Below, one piece after another: positions 25,245 to 36,567 of a DNA stretch of 64,000 nucleotides. Below the pieces are notes generated by a model. The model made no database searches and had not been told where the DNA came from. It was given only the letters and a program-made list of their open reading frames with translations. Location: NCBI RefSeq assembly GCF_006345805.1, contig NC_043006.1, positions 56,606,001-56,670,000 on the forward strand. Direction: 5' to 3'. The translations under genes and the position numbers were made by a program. Origin of the DNA: Octopus sinensis (Eukaryota). Numbering within the stretch: the stretch's first letter is position 1; each line of letters begins with the position of its first letter.

Positions 25245-25696
25245 AATAATAAATTTCTGAGCGAGACGTAAGCAGTAGCAGCAAATAATAGTGAAGTATA
25301 TTTGCCACCTAAGTGTAGCGGACCTATAAGGGACGATGCTACTGTTGCTTATAGCTCCAGAAAGACATTTCCTCCAGCAGGCAAACGACATACTGTCTGT
25401 GACTGATTAGTATTTGCGAAGGGAAATCATCGTTCCCATCTCTAGCTTTACGTAGTACACACAAACCCGGGTTTCTGAGTAGTAATCCATCTTTAGTATG
25501 TGATAACCACCAGCTAGCGATGAAAACTCATACCAAACACAAAATACTGTATGCTTTTTCCAGTGACAAACTGTCGCTGTCTTCCTGGAGCTAAAAACAA
25601 GAGTAGCATCGTCTCCTATAGGTCCGCCACATTTAGATGGGAATTATACGTCACGATTCCGTGCTGCTACTGTTTATCGCTCAGAAATTTATTATT
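25245..25696. mobile_element. MITE-like element with ~125-bp diverged inverted repeats
   Basis: AATAATAAATTTCTGAGCGA..GGACCTATA..GACGATGCTAC..GCTCCAG is mirrored at 25577-25696. The opposite-strand ORFs 25098-25391 and 25551-25796 share SSIVxYRSATxRW as a result. Confidence 0.75.
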
Positions 25697-25697
25697 G

Positions 25698-25770
<73 letters not shown>

Positions 25771-25824
25771 CGGAGATGTACTCGCGTAGCAAGTAATTTG
25801 ATCTGAGATCGTGTGCTGAAACGA

Positions 25825-25999
25825 AAACAATTGCAGCGTGGAAGGTGTTTGTAAGCCATTTAAGAAACACACAAAAGCCGTTCGATTCACTTCAACATTT
25901 AAATATTTTGACAAATTAAACTTAAATGTTGAAGTGAATCGAACGGCTTTTGTGTGTTTCTTAAATGGCTTACAAACACCTTCCACGCTGCAATTGTTT
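25825..25999. repeat. Near-perfect inverted repeat, ~78-bp arms, 19-nt spacer, abutting (TA)n
   Basis: AAACAATTGCAGCGTGG..CAACATTTAA / TTAAATGTTG..CCACGCTGCAATTGTTT. The paired ORFs both start MEGVCKPFKKHTK. Confidence 0.95.
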
Positions 26000-26010
26000 A
26001 TATATATATA

Positions 26011-26042
<32 letters not shown>

Positions 26043-26167
26043 TAGGGTCCATTAAATAAGTACCGGTTACGCACTGGGGTCGATGTAATCGACTTAATCC
26101 TTTTGTCTGTCTCTCCTTGTCTCCTATATGTTTAGCCCGTTGTGGGCAATAAAGAAATATATATATA

Positions 26168-26511
26168 CATGGTTCCGGGTTCAGCCCCACTGCGTGGCAC
26201 CTTCTACTATAACCTCAGGCCAACCAAAGCCTTGTGAGTGGATTTGGTAGACGAAAACTGTATATATATATACATGTATTATGTGTATATATGTTTGAGT
26301 GTCTATGTTTGACACCCCCCCCCCAACATCGCTTGACAACCGATGCTGGTGTGTTTACGTCCCCGTAACTTAGCGGTTCTGCAAAATAAACAGATGGAAT
26401 AAGTACTAGGCTTACAAAGAATAAGTCCTGGGGGTCGATGTGCTCGACTAAAGGCGGTGCTCCAGCATGACCACAGTCAAATGACTGAAACAAGTAAAAG
26501 AGTAAAGAGTA
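26168..26511 (+). mobile_element. Octopus-type SINE, 5'-truncated
   Basis: Reverse complement of the 13450-13897 family. Confidence 0.85.
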
Positions 26512-27015
26512 TATATAACGGATGTAACTATAATGCGCACGCGCGCCCGTGTGTGTGCAGAATCATTACATCCGAGGTCACTCCATGCTACATAACGCGC
26601 GTTCTCTTTTAGAAGTGTTCATCGCTCATAACAGTCTTCAAGAACAACCTGGCCGCTGAGCTGACAACCCTGTTCACTAGACCGTCAAACAATACAGAGC
26701 GAGTCATTAATCGTGATAACGAGGCAAATTTTATTAGTAAAATCATGTTGAAATCGCAGCCTCCAAAACAAATCGATCATTTCTTTGCGCTGAGAGCATG
26801 TATTTGAGGTATATCATAGTAAATAATTGCATGCTTGAAGCTATTCATCTATCCAAAGAGCGTAACACAATGAACAATGACTGGATTTCAATTATCTTCG
26901 GAAGATGTTATAAACGTTTTCCTAAACTTGTTTCCATTTGTAATATGTGTAGCAATCTCTCTCTCTCTCGTCCCCCGCCTTTCTCTGCCCTCCCTCTCTC
27001 ACCTTCTTTCCTTTC

Positions 27016-27063
<48 letters not shown>

Positions 27064-27521
27064 ATCCTCGCTATTGTTTCTGTTCGTCTCGGTCCTCCGT
27101 CTTATCTTTCTGTCTTGTTCTCTACATACATATACATACACCCATACACAAGTGAGTGTGTGTGTGTGTGTGTCTGTGTGTGTGTGTGTATGTGTGTGTC
27201 TATGTGTGTGTATGTGTGTGTGTGTATATGTGTGCGTGTGTGTGTGTATGCACGTGCGTATGTGTTTGTGAATGCTCACGTGCACGCATGTATGCTTCTC
27301 TGTAACAATAACGGTAATAATTTCTACTTATAGACACAAGGCCTAAGACTGTCGCGGGAGCTAATCGATTACATCGATCCCAGTGCTTGACAGGTATTTA
27401 TTTTCATCGAACTCAAAAGGATGAACTGCAATGTCGACCTACGCAGAATTTGAACTCAGAACGTAAAGATGAACGAAATGCCGCTAAGCATTTTACCCGA
27501 CGTGCTAACGATTCTACCAGC

Positions 27522-27586
<65 letters not shown>

Positions 27587-27808
27587 GCCCTGGTGTAGTA
27601 CCAGGCATGGGCTCTCGTGGCTTTTGATCTTAATTGATTGGAATTGTTATCACGTACACGTTTTGTCTTGTTATAAAGATGGGCTACAGTAAATATTCTT
27701 CTCATTACAATACACTTGTTTGTCAGTTGCTTGGCCTTAACCAGTATCAGCACTCAACTGCCAACAAGGCTGAAAGAGATCGGTGCAACTGCAAGAATTT
27801 TTCGCAGA

Positions 27809-29194
27809 GTTCTTGAAGCATGACCAGTAAAACATGGGTCACTTTAGTCTGCTGGCTGAAGACAGCTGACACTTTCCATCATACCCAGCAAAATAAGCTG
27901 AGTTTTAATACAATAATAATGACGATAAGTATAGGAGTGAACCCAGTAGAAGCGAATTCCAACAACGCATGAAAGCAAAATGGAATGAAATAGGATTTTC
28001 AAAATAAGTTGTTGAAGCATGACCAGTAAAACATGGGTCACTTTAGTCTGCTGGCTGAAGACAGCTGACACTTTCCATCATACCCAGCAAAATAAGCTGA
28101 GTTTTAATACAATAATAATAAGTATAGGAGTGAACCTAGTAGAAGCGAATTCCAACAACGCATGAAAGCAAAATGGAATGAAATAGGATTTTCAAAATAA
28201 GTTCTTGAAGCATGACCAGTAAAACATGAGTCACTTTAGTCTGCTGGCTGAAGACAGCTGACACTTTCCATCATACCCAGCAAAATAAGCTGAGTTTTAA
28301 TACAATAATAATGATGATAAGTATAGGAGTGAACCTAGTAGAAGCGAATTCCAACAACGCATGAAAGCAAAATGGAATGAAATAGGATTTTCAAAATAAG
28401 TTCTTGAAGCATGACCAGTAAAACATGAGTCACTTTAGTCTGCTGGCTGAAGACAGCTGACACTTTCCATCATACCCAGCAAAATAAGCTGAGTTTTAAT
28501 ACAATATAATGATGATAAGTATAGGAGTGAACCTAGTAGAAGCGAATTCCAACAACGCATGAAAGCAAAATGGAATGAAATAGGATTTTCAAAATAAGTT
28601 CTTGAAGCATGACCAGTAAAACATGAGTCACTTTAGTCTGCTGGCTGAAGACAGCTGACACTTTCCATCATACCCAGCAAAATAAGCTGAGTTTTAATAC
28701 AATAATAATGATGATAAGTATAGGAGTGAACCTAGTAGAAGCGAATTTCAACAACGCATGAAAGCAAAATGGAATGAAATAGGATTTTCAAAATAAGTTC
28801 TTGAAGCATGACCAGTAAAACATGGGTCACTTTAGTCTGCTGGCTGAAGACAGCTGACACTTTCCATCATACCCAGCAAAATAAGCTGAGTTTTAATACA
28901 ATAATAATGATGATAAGTATAGGAGTGAACCTAGTAGAAGCGAATTCCAACAACGCATGAAAGCAAAATGGAATGAAATAGGATTTTCAAAATAAGTTCT
29001 TGAAGCATGACCAGTAAAACATGAGTCACTTTAGTCTGCTGGCTGAAGACAGCTGACACTTTCCATCATACCCAGCAAAATAAGCTGAGTTTTAATACAA
29101 TAATAATGATGATAAGTATAGGAGTGAACCTAGTAGAAGCGAATTCCAACAACGCATGAAAGCAAAATGGAATGAAATAGGATCTTCAAAATAA
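27809..29194 (+). repeat. Tandem array of 7 units of ~199 bp
   Basis: Unit starts GTT(C/G)TTGAAGCATGACCAG at 27809, 28008, 28201, 28400, 28598, 28797 and 28996 (periods 199, 193, 199, 198, 199, 199). Units differ by only a few bases. Confidence 0.97.
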
Positions 29195-30848
29195 GTGTGC
29201 AACAGTTCAAGCAAGAGCAATAAGAGCAAAAGGGGGGTTAACAGACATGGAAATTGAGGATATAAAAAAGGGGTAGTAGAAAATAGAAGTAATACTTCAC
29301 CAACAGATAACGTGCCCAGCGAGGACAGAGAAATGAATGGCGGCAATGAAAATGTAGAGCAAATTGAAAATGTAAATGCATTCTCAGCAAATGAAGCAGA
29401 ATTAATGGGAAGAACTATATCACAAGAATACGATGATGACCAACAAGACATAGTGAAGGATGCTGTGCCGACATATTAGAGAAGACCAGGATCAAGCGCC
29501 TCCCAATCTGAGGTACATTGATCGAAGTTGAAACCGAAAAGATAGATTCGACCCTTGGGATATCCCAGACGGGAAATATAACTGAAACTAACAAGATTAT
29601 TTGGGCTGCAGCTATGATTACTGCAGATAGAGTTGGGTACTAAAGAAGAGGATAAACAGTAAGTAAAGACCTTACTGGCGTTGATGAATTTGTGAGAAAC
29701 AAAGTTATAAAGACATTTAGGACAAGTTGATAGATTGAGAAGAGGGGAATTACAGGATGAAAGCATAAGAATAATGCTGGAAAGAACATGCAGAATTGGA
29801 AAGATATGACAATAGAACAAAACAACTAAGGCAAATCAGATTGTTTGAAGCAAATCAGAAGGAACTGTTTCAGGATCTTGATGGGCAAATACACGTAAGA
29901 ATGATACCAGATGCAGAGGAAAGTAGGGTATTCTGGAGAGGGATCTAGGACCAACCTGTAGAGCATAATGATGAAGCAGAGTGTTTAAGAAATATAGAAG
30001 GCCAAAAAGACATGAAGATAACTACAGAAATGTTAAAAAAGCACTTAAGAAAATTCCCAAATTCGAAAAGTCCAGGACAGGATGGGGTCCAAAGTTATTG
30101 GATGAAGAAGCTGAAAGGTTCCATGAAAGGATAGTGAAACAGCTAGATGACTGCTTGCAGGAAAGCGCAGTGCCCAGCTGAATGGTAAAAAGGACGACAT
30201 TGTTATGTGCCAAGGATCCTGAGAAGGGAAATGTTGCATCCAACTTTCGGCCAATAATGAATCATCTGCCAATGTAGAAACTAATGTCAGGTGCTTTGGC
30301 CAGTGAACTGTTTAGATACTTAGAAAAAGTGGGCTGCTGCCTATTGAATGAAAAGGTTGTCGAAAGAGGAGCTGGGGAACGAAGGATCAGATCTTAATCG
30401 ATAATCTAATTATCAGAAACTGCAAGAGAAGACAAACAAACCTGAGCATGGCATGGGTTGACTATCGAAAAGCATACGATACGATACCACATTCCCGGAT
30501 AATAAGAACAATGGATAGGTATGGAGTAGCAGAAAACATGAGAGGCATTATATGGAACAGTATGAGGTGGTGGAGAACGGAATTGACAGCGGGGAATCAA
30601 GTATTAGGAGAGGTGAAAATCAAGAGAGAAATCTTTCAGGCGGACAGTGTGTTCCCACTGAGCTTTGTGCTGGAAATGATCCTCTTGAGTGAAATACTAC
30701 AGAAAATAAAGTTGGGGTATGACCTGAGAAGAGGTAAAGGAAAACTGAACCACTTGCTATTCATGAACAACTTGAAGTTATTCACAAAAAGTGAGGCAGA
30801 AGTGGACAGCCTAGTCCCGTCTATGCGGATTTTCTCCCATGATATTAA
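29100..30848 (+). mobile_element. Decayed R4/Dong-clade non-LTR retrotransposon, N-terminal and RT part
   Basis: [73 protein letters not shown] (cf. RGIFQGDSLSP) and [13 protein letters not shown] (cf. YMDD). Confidence 0.85.
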
Positions 30849-32782
30849 CTCATTAATGGCTGAAATAAAAAAAATTTGAATTTGTTTGTTACATTTACAT
30901 ACGTTGTATACTTTTATGCATTTTAAAAGTTCACAACAATATTTTGTGAATATTATAATAAAGTTATTTTTAAACCTGCATGATACGCTGGGCATGTGGG
31001 GTTAAAACCTTGAAATAAGGATGAAGTAAAAAAAAAATTAAATCTCATTTAATTGTTTTCCAAAAATTTTCTAATGAGAAATAAATACATTTCTAAGAGG
31101 AATACCCTTTATTAATGAAAATTAAGAAAGCACGTGCCAGGATGTAGACCTACATTGCATTTGATGCAAACAAATTTGGTGCATTTTCCACAAGCTGTGC
31201 ATCGCCTTTGAGTTTCAATTTTGTTGACAAGGTGGTCTCTCTTATCGACTCGTGCCTCTTAATAACTGTTCCATACCATGATGCCCATAAGGCTCCATTG
31301 CTTAATCAAGAGAGAAATGGTTACCCATTGGTTCTACAAACTGGCAAAATTTATCATTTAGGTGATCTAAAAGAGGCCTAACCTTATAAACTTTATCACA
31401 AGGATCGAGTTTACTGTTGTTATTGAAATGCAGATATTGATGTATTTTCTCAAACGTATTTCTAGACACTGCATGACTAACTAAATGGTTGTTTGAATCG
31501 GATCTAGTCTCCCAGTACAGTCTTCTGCAGGGTAGTTTATTGTAGCCTGACAATAGAAGAATTCCAAAATACTTGTAAAGATCCTCAACAGACAAAGTAA
31601 ACTGCAAATCTCTCTTTTGTGTGGCATATTTAACGGTCTCTGCAAATACCTTTCATAATATCTTTAGAGAAGCACTCCTTGAGGATGTCAATTGGCTCAA
31701 ACTTGTCCCTAAATTTTGTTGTAATCGAAGATTCAGTTACACTGGAATCACAATCATACTTTGCAGAAGAATGTTTCAATGGTTTATTATTCCATTTGCG
31801 AGAACTATTCTTTGTGCACGAACATTTAACAGTGCTTCTTAGCAGAGCTTGGTGTCACCCCTTGTCTACATCGAGAACCTCAAAACCGGTTTTACTATAG
31901 GCTCTAATCTCACCTTTCTCTGCAAGAATATCTCTACCAATATCTTGAAAATTTGTTGAAGATTCTTCGCAGTCACTTGAAGCATCATCTTTAGCTGAAT
32001 CGTCGCCACTATTTGGTAGATAAAGTACCAGTTGAATCTCATCAGCATTATCAATTTCCTCCACAACATATTCAGTAACATTACCAGATTCGATTATATT
32101 TAGGATTTCTTCGGTGTCTCTTTCGCCATTAGGTTTTTCTTTAGACATATTTAACGAGCTAGAAATAAGAATTAGATATATATATATATTTCACTTGCAC
32201 TTATGCAAACATTAGTTTGCTAGTAAATAAGCTACTTTTTATAAAGAAAATAAATACTACATATAGAAAATTTAAGAGCAAAATATTTTAACTTACAGTT
32301 GTTTTAAGGTTTTTTAGCTTATTGTTAAGAGAATTAACGATTGTAAGTCCAAACCATTTTTGAATGAAATGTACACACGAATTCCCAGCATATGTTTTAT
32401 CATACGCTCACATGCAAACATTAATAAGTCGAAACTCTATTTACGTAGATTACTAGGACATGTTTGGTTTGCAAAAGTAATGTATGATTAATAAAATAAA
32501 GAAAAGCAAAATAAAATATTACAAAATATTTAAAGCATACAAATAAAAAACTTACCACCGGTAGCACTTCTTCCTCACTTCAAAATTTGACACTGAAAGA
32601 AATGAGTCGAGCACAATGTATAAATGACTTTGATGACTTTGATGCCAAATATTGCTAGATGAATTATTATTCTTTATCTTCAAAACGGTTTTTGATGCCT
32701 AAATTTATGAAATTATTTTATATGAATATTTTCGTCTGAAGCAAAAAAGCGTATGATAAATCATACGCTGGGTATTAATCGA
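30849..32782 (-). mobile_element. Internally deleted piggyBac (PGBD3-like) inserted into the LINE RT
   Basis: ORFs 31855-32148 and 31302-31607 (FGILLLSGY, RRLYW, SRNTFEKIHQYLHF, KVRPLLDHLN, FSLD, MEPYGHHG) jump directly to the C-terminal Cys-rich domain RRCTACGKCTKFVCIKCNVGLH. TTAA at 30845-30848, degenerate TTATAA at 32783-32788, and recurring CCCAGC(G/A)TA subterminal motifs. Confidence 0.85.
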
Positions 32783-32784
32783 TT

Positions 32785-34160
32785 ATAATGGAGTTTGGGC
32801 TCTCAAAATGTGCTACGATCGACAGCTTGTCAGGACAGAAGGCATATGGTTGCCAAGTGGTGAAATGGTGAAGGTAATTCAACTTCATTCCAACCATAAA
32901 TACCTGGGAATACTTGATACAGAGGGGACTGAACACAACGACATGAAGAAAAAGACAAAAAGAGAATACCTGCAGCGAATGAGGAAAATACTGGCTGTAA
33001 AGCTGAATGCCAGAAACAATTTTGACAATAAATTCGCGCGCAGTCGCAATAGTTCGGTGTGGCTCAGGAATCCTGGGGTGGGCAAAGGAGGAGCTAAAGG
33101 GAATGGACAGGATAGCTCCTAACGATGCACGTGCAGACACTGATCGCCTGTACATGAAGAGAGAAAGTGGAGGAAGAGGACTGATGTGGAAGACTGCATA
33201 CGTATCGAATTCGAGAGCTTAATGAGATACCTGACCCAAAGTAAGGATACCTTGCTAGTGTCTGTTCGGACACTAGAAAGAGAAAAAGAAAAAAAAACAA
33301 AGAAAAAAGTACAAAAAAAGTACATGAAGAAGAATTAAGCAACAAGGGACTACAAAATCAATTCCATGTAGCCACAACGAAAGTTGCTGGAAAAAATAGG
33401 TGTGCTTGGCTGAAGAAAGGAACACTAAAAAGAGAGATCGAGAACACTATATTGGCAGCACAATACCAAGCTTTGGCCACGAACATGAGAGTCAAACTTT
33501 GGAATGAACAAATGTCTCCGCTCTGCTGCATCTGTAATAGAGTGGATGAAATCATTGCCCATATCACAAACGAATGCCCTATACTTGTCCAAAACCACAA
33601 CAGGTTATGGCAACACGATCAAGTAGCGAAAGTGCTACATTGGAAGCTGTGCGTCAAGTAGGGGCTAGAAACAGGCAAGACATGGTACGGACACAAACCA
33701 CAGAGAGTGACGGAGTCGAAGACTAGCAAAATCCTCTGGGATTTACCAAACCAAACAAATCAGGTGCTAGAATATAACAGACTGGACCTAATGGTGGCCG
33801 ATAAGATGCACTGCATGTGCGATCTAGTTGATGTTGCATGTCCCTTTGACCCACGAATATTCAAGAAGGAAGGCGTAAGAATAAATACAACTCTCTTAAG
33901 TACGAAATAGCCCGATTATGGAAAATGAAGAAGGTGAAGATAATGCCAAATATTGTTGGGTCCTTAGGGACAGTATCAGAAGGCACCAAGAGGAATAACA
34001 AGGAAACTGGAATAGAGAGCCCTGTAGAACTGTTACAAGAGCTTTGCCTCCTTGGCACGGCCAGTATAATCAGTAAAGTATTAGATAGCTGAAAAAGAAC
34101 GGATAGTTTGGTACTGTAGGCTGCTGATAGCGTACGCATGCAAGACTCCGGGAATTCCAG
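32785..34160 (+). mobile_element. 3' continuation of the R4/Dong LINE (RT end, CCHC knuckle, RLE, 3' UTR) ending in (TAA)n
   Basis: Resumes at MEFGLSKCA, then YKYLGI, CCICNRVDEIIAHITNEC..HDQVAKVLHWKLC, YNRLDLMV..DVACP and LGTASIISKVLDS*. (TAA)n runs 34161-34259. Confidence 0.85.
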
Positions 34161-34185
34161 CAATAATAATAATAATAATAATAAC

Positions 34186-34259
<74 letters not shown>

Positions 34260-34750
34260 GGTCACAGAAAACGAGAAAGCAACCATACTCTGGGATATGC
34301 CAATACACACAGATAGAGAAATTAAGGCCAACAGACCAGATATAGGTGTCAGAGATCATGAAGAAAAAAATGCTTTCTAATTGATGTATCAATACCAGCA
34401 GATGACAACGTGTCTCTAAAAGAAATGGAGAAACTTTCAAAATACAAAGACCTGGAAATAGAGGTAACTAGAATGTGGAATCTAAAAACAGAAACAATTC
34501 CTATCATAGTAGGTGCATTCGGCATGATAAAAAAATATTCAGACAAATACATAACAAAAACACCAGGACTTACAAACACATATAACATACAGAAAATTGC
34601 ACTACTAGGCACTGCACACATCCTACGCAGAACACTTTCAATACAGTAACCATCAGAGCATCACAACAAATCACAGCACATACCCAAGGCACACAGAGCT
34701 GCGCTCGGTAGTGAAGTGAAAGCACGTTATAAAAAATATACTACTGAATG
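34260..34750 (+). mobile_element. Second, better-preserved 5'-truncated R4/Dong copy (RLE domain + 3' UTR) between two (TAA)n tracts
   Basis: ILWDMPIHTDREIKANRPDI..DVSIPADDNV..EKLSKYKDL..IPIIVGAFG..LLGTAHILRRTL with one frameshift. (TAA)n on both sides. Confidence 0.9.
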
Positions 34751-34820
<70 letters not shown>

Positions 34821-35023
34821 TCCATTTTACTAAAGGCACAAGACCTGAAATTTTGTGGTAGGGGACTAGTCGACTACATCGATTCCAGTGTTTCACTGGC
34901 ATATTAATTTAAGGCAAAGTCGACCTCCGGCAGAATTTGAATTCAGAACGTAAAGATTGGCGAAACGCTGCTAAGCATTTAGTCCGGGGAGTCACCGCCT
35001 TATACATATATATATATAATATA

Positions 35024-35101
<78 letters not shown>

Positions 35102-35225
35102 GGCGCTGGGTTCAGTCTCACTGCGTGGCAGCTTGGGCAAGTGTCTTCTACTATAGCCCAGGGCCGACTAAAGCATTGTGAGTAAATTTGGTAGACGGAA
35201 ACTGAACGAAACACGTTGTGTGTGC

Positions 35226-35262
<37 letters not shown>

Positions 35263-35519
35263 CCCAATATTTCATGAATCTGGAAAAACAGTCATTGGTG
35301 AATTAGGTACAGGATTAGAAATATTCATATTATTTAGAAATATTCACATTATTTAGAAATATTTATATTGTTTATATATATATATATATATATACTATAA
35401 TCTCTAAAATCAATTTGCCCAGTACTTTCATCCCACAAATGGAGAGGCAAGTCCAACAGTCAATGAAAATGGCTATACATTTTAATAATAAATACGTATA
35501 CACACACGCACACACACAA

Positions 35520-35589
<70 letters not shown>

Positions 35590-36567
35590 GGGTGGTTGGG
35601 TGTGTGTATGTATGTATGTGTATGAATACTTACGTATACATAGAAACAGTGAAAATTAATTGAAACCAGCTCGATATTTTTCATCAAATTCTGTGGCATG
35701 TAACTTCATCCTTAAAGTACAGCATATCAATGTGATGCTAACGTTAATGATATAAAATTAATTAGAATACAAGGGACCTCTTGCTGAAAATCGAGAAACA
35801 TGATACTACATTGCTAAACTTCAAACCGCCATTTTGCATTTGCAAACACTGCTGCAACACCTAAACTAACATAAAGGGAAGTCTCGTGTTTTTGCAAATT
35901 GGTCATTTAACTAGACCGTAATTTGTGCCATTGGGTAATCTATTACAGTTGTCATGTTTGTCTATTTCACTTCTCCTCGCTCTCTCTTTTTATCTCTCTC
36001 CCTTTCTCTTTCTTTCTTCCTCTCTCTCTCTCTCTTTTTCTATCTCTTTCTCTCTCCCCTGTGCGTGCACGCTCGCATTTTCTCCTTGATTTCCACTAGA
36101 CAAGGAAAGGATCTAATAATTGAGATGCTTTCAAACAGAATACTGTGACATGTTATACCATCCTCAAGTGTAGTGGAATGATGCTGAGATGAGTCGATCA
36201 AGAGAGGAAAGCATTACTACAGCTAGGTTTTAAAATTGGCTTTGTTTACCACTTTTCTCTGGACTAGTAGAAACGTTAGAACGTTGGGGAAATGCCTTAC
36301 GGTATTCTTTCTGGTTGTTAGCGTTCTGAGTTTAAATCTCGGCTAGGTCATATGTATCGTTCACTCTTCTGATATTGATAAAATAAAGTACCAGTCGAAT
36401 ACTGATATCGACTAATTCCCACTCCTCAAAATTGCTCTCATTATAAGGTAAGGTCGACATTCTCTTTCATCCTTTTGGTGTCGATGAAACAAGTACCACT
36501 TGATCACTAAAGTTGATGTAATAGACTACCCTCCTCTCCCAGAATTTCAGGCCTTGTGCTTATAGTA

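Noticed and set aside
27809-29194. 199-bp array as a CRISPR array or as a hammerhead retrozyme
   Set aside because: The units are wholly repeated with no unique spacers. CTGAAGA is present but is not followed by a stem II and GAAA on either strand.
35316-35372. 19-bp x3 AT-rich tandem repeat
   Set aside because: An ordinary minisatellite with no further structure.
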